A DNA stretch of 62,244 bases, filler included, from Collodictyon triciliatum (taxonomy: Eukaryota): the NCBI GenBank assembly GCA_043381765.1. It is 5 parts of 5 records of this genome, joined end to end, with 100 filler letters (N's around TTAATTAATTAA, not from the genome) between each part and the next. Parts side by side here need not be neighbours in the genome. Positions count along the whole stretch, not along the records: positions 24,884 to 37,036 come from JBHJMP010000213.1; positions 37,137 to 56,998 come from JBHJMP010000214.1; 3 more parts are not named here. One strand, written 5' to 3'. A program made the translations under genes and the position numbers. Positions 35,672 through 47,700 of the stretch are shown in pieces. The stretch's first letter is position 1, and each line of letters opens with the position of its first letter. Below the pieces are notes generated by a model. That model made no database searches and was not told where the DNA came from. It worked only from the letters and a program-made list of their open reading frames with translations.

Positions 35672-36963
35672 AAATACCTTGGAAGACTCACCTATGTAAT
35701 CAACTGTATATTTATTTGCTTCTACATGAAGAGGACATGAACCAGGATGTGATATAAATACCAGTGATTCAGGTTCAAGAGCATCCTAAATGGTTAAATT
35801 ACTATTTTTCTTCGACCTACTCGCTTATATGTCAGAGGGTAACACAAATATGTAATGGAAGGAGGACTCTAAAACCTCTCATCTGGCACGAATTGAAAAT
35901 GATAATAAAAATAAAATGAAAACTGAGAATCAATCGTAAGCTTTTGTTTAATCAAGGATACTCTCCCCTTAACATAATGAGTAATTTGTTATCAAATAAT
36001 CACTTACTAATTCCTGTCTATCTCTAAATACGATGTGATCTTCACCAGGTATCCTTTTTTTTCTTTCAGCGAGATACGAGAAGCCATTTCCTATACCGCA
36101 TTCACAAACCGAGTTGTCGATTAGGTGCTGAATATTTGCCCTGGTTCCTATAAACAGAAAAAAAAAGGAAATAAAATAAATACACTTCTTGGCAGGCAGA
36201 ATCTTGTTACGTTTCATTTTCCATTTTCTTCATCAAAAATAGTGATAGAAGATACTGCGAACCCTTCAATATAAAAGACTGTAAAAAGTGTGTTATGGGA
36301 TGAAATGAAAAATTTGCTTTGAAACCTTCATAGCCCCAAGCATTGTCTGGTTTCGAATTTCTGGAAGAGAATACTCGATCCTGCCACGAAATTTCAGACT
36401 ATTTTACTTACTTTATTTATATTATTAAACGATTTGGAATAAGACCGAAGAATATAATTTGAATCGAATAAAGGAAAAAAAAAAAAAAGACCGAATAATA
36501 TAATAATGCTCACAGAATGGAGCGATTAAAGGGACTGTATCTTACCTTCACACCTCTGTGAGATTGTTTCGCCTCTTGATTTGATATCATTTCTCGGATG
36601 TGTTCATTCTGGAGTTGAGCAACCTAATATTCAAAGCAGAGATGGGGTTAATGGCTCATGAGGTAGGACAATAAACGGCTAGTAAACGCGTAAATCTAAG
36701 AAAGTACAAAAAAAAAAAAAAAGCATACAGATATTGCATTATTAAAAAAAAAAAAAGACTAATAAGATATATCATCTCGCACGAATTGAGAAGAATACAA
36801 TAAAAATAGACATGTATGAAGTATATTCCAAATGAAATGTCATTTAAATGGTAAAATTCATACTTTTTGCAAGTCGATTGGCGGTAGATGCGGTTTCGAA
36901 GGTTGTTTATCTCGTTGAGAATCCCTTTCGATTACAGGTGGCTCTATTATCTCTGACCTCGAC
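30672..36963 (-). CDS. AXDND1: AXDND1-like axonemal dynein light chain (p28) domain coiled-coil protein; many exons, 5' truncated
   Basis: Spliced: IYFPNLR|PTNEDQ...EQDVYSQSLYELLCQ|VTVECAERGSILSRVRKG...|VMPVYEELLAQRVFARRLEDELRQFREET. This resembles the remembered AXDND1 segment [21 protein letters not shown]...[22 protein letters not shown]. The protein ends GDEDADER*. Confidence 0.75.
32060..32360. repeat. Poly(A) of about 98 nt, a gap, then an (A7G)n array
   Basis: Seen directly; lies in an intron. Confidence 0.9.
32685..32718 (+). repeat. Dispersed short motif family 2
   Basis: TCATCTGGCACAAATTGAAAGGAAGAATAAAAAA. Confidence 0.6.
32751..32774 (-). mobile_element. Micro-retroposon family-1 insertion with a perfect 15-bp TSD
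   Basis: ATCTTTTGATATACT [TTTTTCCCTTTATTCGATTCAAAG] ATCTTTTGATATACT, with TSDs at 32736-32750 and 32775-32789. Confidence 0.9.
32945..32970 (-). mobile_element. Micro-retroposon family-1 insertion with a diverged TSD of about 13 bp
   Basis: CCCTTTATGTGAA [T9-CCTTTATTCGATTCAAA] TCTTTCATGTGAA. Confidence 0.8.
33314..33350 (+). mobile_element. Micro-retroposon family-1 insertion, longest copy, with a 17-bp TSD
   Basis: TAGCATAATTAAGGAAG [AGCCCTTCCTTCCCTTGAATCGAATAAAGG-A7] TAACATAATTAAGGAAG (one mismatch). Confidence 0.88.
33786..34015. repeat. 10-bp array that drifts from AATAAACCAAG-like to (AATAAAAAAG)n units
   Basis: Seen directly; lies in an intron. Confidence 0.9.
34317..34338 (+). mobile_element. 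Micro-retroposon family-1 insertion with an 11-bp TSD
   Basis: AAAGTGCATTA [TCGAATTCGAATAAAGGAAAAA] AAAGTGCATTA. Confidence 0.82.
35605..35664 (+). mobile_element. Degenerate family-1 copy with a long poly(A)
   Basis: TTGAATCAAATAAATG followed by about 44 A; no clear TSD. Confidence 0.5.
35879..35911 (+). repeat. Dispersed short motif family 2
   Basis: TCATCTGGCACGAATTGAAAATGATAATAAAAA. Confidence 0.6.
36459..36486 (+). mobile_element. Micro-retroposon family-1 insertion with an 18-bp TSD
   Basis: AAGACCGAAGAATATAAT [TTGAATCGAATAAAGG-A12] AAGACCGAATAATATAAT (one mismatch). Confidence 0.88.
36772..36806 (+). repeat. Dispersed short motif family 2
   Basis: TCATCTCGCACGAATTGAGAAGAATACAATAAAAA. 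Confidence 0.6.
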
Positions 36964-37080
36964 CTGTTTTGACCAATATTGTAATCACCGTTCATCAAAT
37001 CCAAAATATACCATTGAATGAATACTGTAAAAAAAANNNNNNNNNNNNNNNNNNNNNNNNNNNNNNNNNNNNNNNNNNNN

Positions 37081-37092
37081 TTAATTAATTAA
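37081..37092. other. Artificial scaffold-joining linker
   Basis: TTAATTAATTAA within Ns. Confidence 0.97.
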
Positions 37093-37606
37093 NNNNNNNN
37101 NNNNNNNNNNNNNNNNNNNNNNNNNNNNNNNNNNNNTTCTTCCTCTCCTTTTTCTTTTTTTTTTCTTTTTTCTGCTATTCTTTTTTTTCTTTTTTTCTTT
37201 TTTTCTTTTTTTCTTTCTTTCCTTTTCCCTTTTTGCCCCCCTTCTTTTTTTTCTTCTTATTTCTGATTGCACTCCATCTTTCTTTCCTGCTCAACTCTAC
37301 CTTTCCTCTTCACGTCAGTCTTTGGGTGGATAAAGTCTCGCTCCAGCCCCACAAGGCCTCGAGCACACGCAAAGTCTTCGGACTGCCTCTCTGTGCCGCG
37401 AAGGACGCTTCTTCACACTTCCTCTTCTCAACCTCTGCCCCGGCCGCCCCTTTCGAAGAGCAAGGACAAGCCAACTTGTCTCGCGCTGAATAGCAGTCGA
37501 TCTTGCTCTTTCTCTTGCCGTTGGCCCAGAGCTTGTCTTCCTCAGAAGCGCTGCGGAAAGTCAATATAAACTCCCTTTGTCTCCTTCCTTAAAGCTTGCA
37601 ACTCGG

Positions 37607-39802
37607 ATGGACTCTCAACCCGTTGAGCAGCGCCCTGTGTTCTTCTCGGACGACTATGTTGATAATGCGGGCTTTCAGCTGGTCGAGGTCACTGAAGATT
37701 TCATCTCACAGCTTCGTGGAGGTCAGGAGTAAGTCCTCTTATAAAGCCTCTCGTCTTTATTACATATTCCTTGCTTTTAAACTTCAAGTAGTGTGGAGGC
37801 AGTCACTTGCAAATAATCGTTGACTTTTTTTTTCTTTATATTCTTTGATTTTTTTGTTGATTTTTTTTGTTGATTTTATTTATTGTTATCAGTAGCTTCT
37901 TAGCTATCTATTTCCATCATATTGGTTTTCGTATGATTATTTTATAAATATGTAATTTCTGCAAAGGTGTGCTGTTTATCAATGGCCCTCAATCCATCTC
38001 TTGTTTTACAATATGATGACAACATGTGGCAGAAATGCCATGATGATATTCTAATTGCATATACAATCGATTCAGAATACCTTTAAGAAAAAATAAATTG
38101 GAATTTGACATGCATGGATTAATTTAATACATAATAAAGAAAGAGAAAACAAAACGACACAGTTTCAAACTTGCATGATAATTTTCTTTTATTTGCATAT
38201 AGTTGTGATGGAGAGAACAATTACTCATATCATTTGGAAATATTCTTTGACAGGTTCTGTTGGAAAGCTGAGCCCAGCACAGAAGGAGAGGTCGTTTTGT
38301 GTTCTAAAGAAAAGACATATTCAGTGCGCCGTGTGGAATCATCCAACAGTGTCTACGTTGTTAAGACAAGTTGTGATTCAGCTATGTCTGCTTCCAGAAT
38401 GTCACTGGCTACACAAGTTCAGGGGCACTTGGAACTGATTCCTACTCGGGGGAGGACCGGACGATTGCGAGAGATACTTGAGCAATACGCATATCCCACC
38501 TGGGAGGAGTCTTGCGGAGATGAATCAGAGACCAAGGAGAGACTTCGTGTGTTGATGAAGGTTTGTTCGTGGGACGGACTTCGAGCAAACACTGCCGCGA
38601 GTGATGATGAGATTAGACTTGCTTTGGGCAGAATCCACGCTGTGGAAACAGATATGGGTATTTGGCGCATTATCTCACATAAGCTTATTGAGGAGGTCTT
38701 GAGTTTCTTTCTTCACACGTGTGTCCAGCATGATTGGGATTTCAAGACCATTCCATCCGGGTTGATAGCCGGTGTCATCCCTGAATATCCGGGTTGGTTG
38801 CTGTCCGCAGTTGTTGCCCGATTCACGCAGCCTGGTCTGAATAGCGGCTATCTTTCTATTAATGTGCGGTCGCTACTGCTGTTCCAGGCTCTTCGACTGT
38901 TTTCTTTGAAAGAGGTTTATGCACATATCATCTGCAAACCCCCTCATCGAGTCCCTTTTTTCCTCTTTTTCTTCTGCTATTCTGCATCATATATTTACTG
39001 ATTTTCTAACATAATTTCTTTTGGTATATTGGGTTACTAATATGGACTCACAACTACTATCTTTGCTTTTTGCGACTATATTCGTTCATGCATTTATATT
39101 GTTTGTTTGCTTCTTTGTTTGCTTCTTTGGCCCATTTACTTTTATATGTTTATATATATATATGAATACTACGTGCTCACGTGGATAATACAATTTCAGA
39201 GGTGGCGCTACGATGAATATCTGAAGGCATGGGGTGAAACGCTGCCGGAAGGAATATCTGTGGACACGAAAATCTTAAACGGCGTTGCCATCTACGAAAT
39301 GTCTGGGCCTGAGAAGATACTCATATACTTCCCACTCGAAAGACTGCCTCATGAACCGCGTGATAGATTCCAGTCTCTTTTTCGAGTGCGGTCTCGGTGG
39401 CCAGCAGATGAGATTGCGCCCTATCTATCGTAGCCTTGTTTTTTATTATCATAATTATTTTTTGACACACAATGACCGATACTTTATATGCACATATAAT
39501 CCTGATGGAGAGCTCTATCAGATGTTTTAATTCATACGTGCAGAGTACTATGCTGACATAAAAATATCGAAAGTTTTTTTTATTATAAAAATCACTCAAT
39601 ACTATTATATACTTTTCATTTCATTATCCCCTCGCATATTTGGATTAATTATTATTTTGCTCTTTGCGGATATACCAGGGACTTGGTTGGGCCCTCGGAA
39701 TCTGCAGAGCCGCTTCTTCTCAAATACACCAGGAATGCTGTTGTTGATGGATGTCGCTGCTATTTTGCTCGAGAACTATCATCCATGTCTAAAAGGAAAT
39801 AA
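37607..39802 (+). CDS. DSCC1: Sister chromatid cohesion protein DCC1 (Ctf18-RFC subunit); 4 exons
   Basis: MDSQ...FQLVEVTEDFISQL|...EVVLCSKEKTYSVRRVESSNSV...ASDDEIRLAL|...AWGETLPEG...LPHEPRDRFQSLFRVRSRWPADEIAPYL|DL...LLLKYTR. These are typical Dcc1 motifs. Confidence 0.92.
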
Positions 39803-40389
39803 GCCAAGTATTCTGAATCTCGGCTTGTAAAGGGAAAAAAAAACATAAATAAAAGTCACAAAACAATATATATACAAATTCATGTTCGTTGTCAATCCCG
39901 TGAAAGCCATTACATTTCTGCTCGCTTTCTTGTAAGTTGCTCAGTTTTTCGCGACAAAAAATTATGTGTTAAGAGCACCAACCACAAACAAACAATCACA
40001 TGGTCGAAAACAAAAAACGAAGCAAGGGTTTGCCCAGAGAGCCACGATACTGAAACAAAGTACATACTTTAATATACGCTTACAGTTAAAATGTCTTCCT
40101 TACCTTTCTTTTTCCCCCCTTATACCTTATTAGTTTCCCTCCTTCGTGTCTTTATTTTGTCTTGGTTATTCTTGTTCCTCATCTCGTCAATCTTCATTAG
40201 CTAGTACTTATTTGGTTTCCATATGTCCACTATTCGGGTCAATTCGATTCAAAAGCAAATATCATAATAATATTAATATCATGATTACAAAAAAAACAAA
40301 ACAAAAAATTAATCATAATCGATTCTTTGCATCATCATCCCCTTTTTATTCTTTTCCTTCTGGTGCAGGAGTCAATACATTCAAATTGT

Positions 40390-42213
40390 TCACAACGATT
40401 GTAGATATCGCATTATGGCGGATTTACCCCTCCTGCATACATCCAAAGGAGGAAACTAGACGAAATATTCATATTATGGTTGCGGTATAGGTAAAGCATA
40501 TGTGAAGCAGTTTTTTTTTTTTTTTAGCATGCTCAATCTTTGGATGAAAAGACTTTGAAACGAAAAAAAAAGAGAGAAATTTGGGAACAATTTTCACTCA
40601 TTTAATGAGTACAAAAACAGTCAAAAAAGTTTAGACGACAAAAGAAAAAAGTATACTTGTAGAGGATTCCCCATAACAGTCAACTGCTTCAACGATGCCA
40701 GCAAGACCAACTCTTTTGGGAGCTCAACCAGGCGATTGTTTTCGAGACGCAGCTCTTCTAATTGGGTGAGTCGACCAACCTCTGGTGGGATGTGCTGGCA
40801 CTCATTGACACTAAGAATCAAGTTCTAATAAAAAAAAATAATACTATCATTAGCTTCTCATGCAAAACGGCTTCAACGATATTCTTAGTAAATAAATATC
40901 ATCAACAGATCAGTCTTCCATAGGAAATAAAAAAAAAAGCATGTTAGAGATACATGCCTTTATAGAGGAGCACTCTGAAATGGACATTGGAATTGATGAG
41001 ATGGAATTGACTGATAAATTCAGGTGTTGTAAGTTTCGAAGTTCCTTGATTTCGTCAGGTAGAGAGCTGATCTGGTTCCCACTGAGGTTCAGCGAGTCTA
41101 GCAAGACAAGGTTACCGATAGCGTAAGATATTATGTGGATGTTATTCGCACTAAGGTCCAGGTTTACAAGCGAGGTGATTCGATAGATGCTAAATGACAG
41201 CTCATCCAGTTTGTTGCTGCGCAATTGCAAACTGGTCAATCCCTGTTTCAAATATAAAAAAATTACCGGCAATAAGGCATGAAAAAATTGATTTAGCTGC
41301 CGCGATTCATCAAGACTATGTGAATTACTTCCTTCTTTTTTTTTTAAAAAAAAAACATGACAAAAAAGATTATATAGATGGAAAAGATTTATGTAAAGGG
41401 AACTTAAAGGGGGATTGTAAAGTTGTATTCAAAATTAAGTATTTTGAGGTGTGAAAAACCTTTAGCTCGCTGATGGTCGAAGGAAGGTAGGATAAGCAGT
41501 TATCTGATGCATTCAATTCACGGAGATTGGACAGGAACATAATTTCCTGTGGGATTTGGCTGAGCACATTGGAGCTCACGTCGAGGGTTACAAGAAATTG
41601 CAACTCAGCGAGATCGGGTGGAAGCTCGACAAGCTAATCAATACAAAAGTACATATTAGTTATTTCAACGATACAGAGGTGTATTTTTTTTTTACATGTA
41701 TATTGGATGTAGCGTATTGTTTGAAGATATGCTAGCAATAAATATTAATAGAAATTGCCAAAATACAGAGTATGATTTCATCTTGACATAAAAATATATT
41801 GTTTTGAAGCAAGCAGTTAAGTGGAAGGAAATGAATATTTCGATTCCTTTGTAACCACATATGTACCTGATTCTTTGAGAGATTTAAAACATGTAACTGT
41901 CTCATTCCTTGAACCGCTCGGGGAACATTTGAAATGCTCTTGTTGCGCAGATTCAATGTATAACTCCGCTCTGCATAGCTACTTGTTTTTCATATTTATC
42001 AGCATGACTATGATTACGGTTATCACTGGTACCATCATCGTCATCAATATAATTATGAGAATGAGAATGATCCATGCTATCGTGATAACCAGCATGATTA
42101 CACTTATTTCGATTTCAAATAAAATTGTTAATAATAATAACAATAATAACAATAATAACAATAACAATAACAATAATAATCATAATCATAATCATAATGA
42201 TAATAACAATAGC

Positions 42214-42246
<33 letters not shown>

Positions 42247-43209
42247 GATAATGATAATGATAATGATAATGATAATGATAATGATAGTAATAATGATAAT
42301 GATAATGATAGTAATAATGATAATAGTAACATCAACAACAAAAAACAAAAAAAAAAGCTTCATAATCGTAATCGTATTCAAATGATATCATGGATATGAA
42401 TATAAACACATATATGCGCCAATCGGCCATGCCACATACCTGGTCTCTTGCTGCGTCTCCACAGAGGACGTCTCGGCCAGATCCGACGAGGCCGCCAATG
42501 ACCGCTTCGCAGCAGCAGACAGGCTCGGATGCGGACTTGTCTGGTGGGCCGCGGACGGGGACGGAGACGGGGACGAGGATGGCAGCGGCAGCGGGCGGGC
42601 CGTGTGGGGGAGATAAGGCCCGTAGCGGACACCGAGCGGGACAGCAGCAGGATGCCCAGGGGGCGGGGCATGGACAAGGGCGGGGCTCCTGCTTGTCTGC
42701 GGCGGCGGGACGGCGGGCGGGGTGAGCGGGCGGGCGGGATGCGCAAGGAGCAGCGGCGAGACAAAGCGGGGCGCAGCGGCGGTGGGCGGGATGGGGCGGT
42801 GGGACGAGGCCGAGGACGTTTGGCTCACGCGGGAGGCCGACGAGTACGACCGCGATGGCGACGTGGCGCCCGATGCCGCAGACAGCGTGGTAGGCGAGAG
42901 GCCTGCAGGGATGGATACGGGCGAGGGAGACACCGTCCGAATCCACACGGCGGCAGAGCGAGGCGAGTGCGAGTGCGAGTGCGGGTGCGGGTGCGGATGC
43001 GACTGCGACTGCGACTGCAGCTGAAGTGGAAGTGGAAGTGTGTGGGCCGCGTATGTTGCGTAGGGCGTGTGGGCAGCAGTGCCGAGAGGCCGCGCGAGGG
43101 CTGGCGAGAGACAGATGCCTGGTGTGGCTCGGCTCGTGGGGATTTCGGCCCGCAGCGAGGCGACGGGGTGGAAGGTGCTTTCGAAGGCTGCAAAGCGCGG
43201 CGAGGACAT
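40390..43209 (-). CDS. Intracellular leucine-rich-repeat protein (SHOC2/PIRL-like LRRs) with a Pro/Ser-rich N-terminal exon
   Basis: About 11 LxxLxLxxNxL units, e.g. LHVLNLSKNQ, LVTLDVSSNVL and LEELRLENNRL. The C-cap reads GNPLQ|FPPLDVCRRGKSAIMRYLQSL*. Exon 1 is about 42440-43209 and ends in a GT donor. Confidence 0.85.
42129..42330. repeat. Compound (AAT/AAC/CAT/GAT) microsatellite
   Basis: Seen directly; lies in an intron. Confidence 0.9.
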
Positions 43210-43249
43210 CTCTGTGGGAGGCTGTGGCTGTGGCTTGAGGTGTAAATTC

Positions 43250-44082
43250 TTCTTTCTTCTCTTTTCTATTCTTTTTTGTTCTTTTCTTCGATCCTTTTTC
43301 TATTCTTTTCTTCGATCCTTTTTCTATTCTTTTTCTATTCTTTTTCTATTCTTTTTCTATTCTTTTTCTATTCTTTTTCTATTTTTTCTATTCTTTTTTG
43401 TTCTTTTTTCTATTTCTTTTCTTCTATTCTTTTTTGTTCTTTTTTCTATTCTTGTATTTTTCTATTCTTTTCTTCGATCCTTTTTCTATTCTTTTCTTCT
43501 ATTTTTTCTATCCTTTTCTTCTATTCTTTTTTCTATTTATTTTTCTATTCTTTTTTCTGTTTATTTTCTATTCTTTTTTCTATTTTTTCTATTTTTTCTA
43601 TTTTTTCTATTTTTTCTTTTTCTTTTCTTCTATTTATTTTTCTATTCCTTTTTTCTATTTATTTTTCTATTTATTTTTCTATTTTTTCCTTTTCTTTTCT
43701 TCTATTTATTTTTCTATTTTTTTCTATTTTTTCTATTTTTTTCTATTTTTTTCTTTTTCTTTTCTTCTATTCTTTTTTGTTCTTTTTTCTATTCTTTCCT
43801 TGTATTCTTCTATTCTTTTTGATCTTTTTTCTATTCTTTTTTGTTCTTTTTTTCCATTTTTTCCCATTCTTTCCTTGTATTCTTCTATTCTTCTATGTTC
43901 TTTTTTTTCTATTTTTCTATTCTTTTCTCTATTCTTTTTTCTGTTCTTTTTTCTATTCTTTTTTCTATTCTTTTTTTCTATTCTTTTTTTCTATTCTTTT
44001 TTTTCAAGTCTTTTTCTTTTCTTTTTTTTTTCAAGTCTTTTTCTATTCTCTTTTTCATTCTTTTTTCCATTTTTTTCTTTTT
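43250..44082. repeat. About 830 bp of degenerate pyrimidine-rich minisatellite (TTTTTCTATTC-like units)
   Basis: Seen directly; it is the source of the long Phe-rich false ORFs. Confidence 0.9.
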
Positions 44083-44761
44083 TGATCGCGACTTCGCCTG
44101 GCGAATAGAAAATCGGTTGGTTTGTTTAACCATGCCTTAACAGGTATGTGTACAAATGTGATGCTTTTTTTTTTCCGTTTCCCTTTGTCTTTTTCTTTGC
44201 ATGTGTTTTGGGGGTTGCGGTCTGTTCTGCAATGACACGGGCGGGTGAGTGTTTTGCTGGGCTCAGCGGCCGAGCGAATATGACGCAGCCAAGCGGCAAG
44301 GACGTTTACATCGAGTGTTCTCTGCCCACTGGCCGCGAGAAAGTCTGGTTGCTGCGCACACAGCAGAAAGAAACTGCGAAGCGTCTTGGAAATGTCAAAT
44401 GCCACGATTCCCTCCTTTCCTGCTCCAATTTTCCCTCTTTGATCAAAACGCAAAAAAAAAGGAAAAAAAAAGGAAAAAAAAAGGAAAAAAAAAGGAAAAA
44501 ACAAAAAAAAACTAGAAAAGAAAGGATATAGCAAAAAAGTACTAGTATTGTTGTTCGCGACCTGTCTTCTATAACGATTGCCTTCCAGATGGTCGTGAAA
44601 TAAGGGGGAATAGGGGGAATAGAGAGGGAGAGAGAGAGGACAGAGCCAAACGAGCAGGCCCATTTGAAGATAAAGAAGAAGAAAACACGGCTAACGAAAG
44701 GCTGATACGAAATGCCAGGTCAAACTGTAGAAGCTTCTCAGTCGGCTTTTAAAATCAGCTC

Positions 44762-47700
44762 ATGGCCGCATCCCGAGGAAGCTCTTTCCTTCCGCAACTC
44801 GGGTCTGCTCCTCTGCTTTCAACCGAACGAGGCCGAACTCCTTTGGCCGGCCGTGAACTGCGCTCTCGGAACTCCCCATCGCTCTTATCAAGAGTCCCTC
44901 CATCATCTCCGTCTCAGGTTGAATTACGAAAAAGAAATAGATGAATAATCATTCACATACAGAGAAATACTCTCCCTTCTTTTGTTTTTCTTTCCTTCGT
45001 ATGCTCTTGCACAAGGTTAAATCGTGTGTAAGGAATATATTTTATTTTAAAGGTGAAAAACTCTCCAAAAAAAAAAGCTGATGTAATGGTATTATCATTA
45101 AAGATTCGCGGTTATATCTCCATTCATATGATCATCTTTTTCTTTCTTAAAGTCAAATATTCTACATGCATTTGATTGTCTAGAGGGAAGGAGGAGATGC
45201 GCGTCTTGCAAAGCGAACACTTCCCCCACTTTCTGTCCCGAGGCTAGAGCCCATATTCGACCGAGGCTTAGATGGGGTCGACACTAATGTAGATGGATAT
45301 GATTATGATTACACCAAGAATGGCGAAGAAGAAGGCTCAGATAGCACATTTAAAGTAACGCCAACATATGGATATGCAGAATCCCTCAACACAAATGACT
45401 ATCACAAGGCAGCAGAACTGCTCAAAGCTATCAAATCTCGTATGATAAAATTTTGCTGTCATCAAACTGTAGCTTTTGCTTTATATTATTTTAAAAAAAT
45501 ATACGGCCACCCTCACACCATAGTCGCATGGGATTCAACAATATATAATATATTTTGAAATCATGTTATTTCTATTTTGTATTCTAGAAAAAACATCCAT
45601 ATATTTTGATTTACTTGCTGATTTGAATATGGATCAAATCATGACTCTGAAAAAGGAATTCACGAAAAAACATTTGTCTATGTGCGAGGTATGCCCAACA
45701 CTTTATCAAGTTCTAGCACTACCTCCCATCCCCAAGGGGAAAAAATACTACGTTGTTGAAATAAATCATATCATATTAAATCAATCCTTTGACCAAATAG
45801 TTCATTTCTATCGTCGAAGCATTAATCGAAGAAACGGTCCTTGAAAAAAAGTATATTAAATACTTTACATTGAATACACTAACCTGCATAAACCATATAT
45901 GTATGTAATCTTTATAATGCAGCATTCATTAATAAAATACCATAATTCAAAAGCGCTAGTTATTGAAAAAAAATTTTTATTATCTTTAGTCTTAACACAC
46001 AGATGGTTCTTCGTCAATTGATGAACCTTTTCGAGCAAATTGATTCACAATCAAAAGGGAAGGTAAGAGAATAAAATGGTCATTTCAATAACCTGAAAAG
46101 GAAAAACTTTAATCCTGATAATCATGCAATATTATCATTTCATCAAACTAGATTTTTACTGTGATACGTCTCCTTTTCTTTGGGTTTATCTTGAAGAAAT
46201 ACTTATTTGACGGTTGAAAATGTATAGTTAAGTTGGGAAAAATTTTCGTCCTTCTTTTTAAACCACACGTCCAGAGCCAAAACAGATACCAGTGATATCC
46301 CATCTGATATTACGAGGGTATATTTATAAATATTATACCTTGGCCTGCTATGGACCGAATGGCTTATTGCTTCTTTTTTTTCTTTTGCTTATACCCTATT
46401 CATTTAACTTTACTTTACATTTTTTTTTTTTTTGGAAATCACTAGTATCAAACTCATCCAAACATGATTCAAATTGATGGTGAAGTCGTCGATAACATCG
46501 TTTACATTCCAGAAACGCAGAAAATAATCACATGTGACAAAACGAAGGTTTTTTATATAAAAATGAAGGAAAATATATGTATTGATGTTCTCTTAGTAAA
46601 GCAGAAGTGGTATTTTTATCATCTGAAGGCACTGATATATATGTAAGGTCGCACGATTACGCGACACAGTTCGTGGCCATGTATACAGAGACATAACCGG
46701 ACATTATGCGGCTGTTCTAAATGCCCGTAGGAATTATATTATATGAAAGAATCGTGAACCAAATTCAAATAATGTGAGTTGATATCAATACAAATAATAC
46801 CTTATAGGTTTCGTAAAAGCGAAAGAAATGTATGTGACCTCTTCAGCAGATAGGTTTGGTTGAACATAGTATCTATTTCCATATTGTTTTCTTTTCTTTT
46901 CTTTTCTTTTCTTTTCTTTTCTTTTCTTTTCTTTTCTTTTCTTTTCTTTTCTTTTCTTTTCTTTTCTTTTCTTTTCTTTTCTTTTTTTCATTGATATTAC
47001 TTCTATTATTTAAATTCATGTCTTTATGTTCTCGTCTTAATGGGAACCCCCACTGCTTTCTTACTGTTCCTTTTTCTATATGAAGCACAATGGTCTTCTA
47101 TGATTCAGCCTTCCTCAAGCTATGCTCAATAGAGACCGAATATCCTCAATTATCACTTGAATGGGTGAACTCTGTTGAGGCCTTGTGCACTGGAGATACA
47201 AAGTACTTATATTCTTAATTAACGCGAAGCAAACTGTTGCCGAGATAGATTTCTTTCAGTACTTATAAAAAAAATTAATAATATCAAAGTCCTGAAATTT
47301 GTGCCATTTATGCGAAGGGGTACGTTGCATCTTTGGGACTTGGAGTCACGCCAGGTAGTGAAAAAAATACCGCGTGCACATGAAGAATGGATCATGGATT
47401 TTGCTTACATGCCGGATTATAGCTTCATGGCCAGTGCCTCTTTAGACAAGACTGTCCGAATCTGGGATATGAAGTATATCGATACATGTTCAGCCCAGAT
47501 ATTTATTCCTTGACTCGTCATATACCTCATATTTACCCAATAGTTATAAAAGATATTAAAAGAAAGAAGCTATAAATGTAAGATAATTATTCATGCAGGA
47601 CATTTCAGCCTCTCTCAGTTCAGAGAGGACATACTCTAGGAGTATCTTGCCTTGCATACTCTTATTTCGCCACACTAATATTGTCAGGGGGCTCTGAAAG

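Noticed and set aside
35954-35962. GTATCCTT U12-type donor motif on the - strand
   Set aside because: It lies inside an intron that already has ordinary in-phase GT-AG ends, and no adjoining exon is supported.
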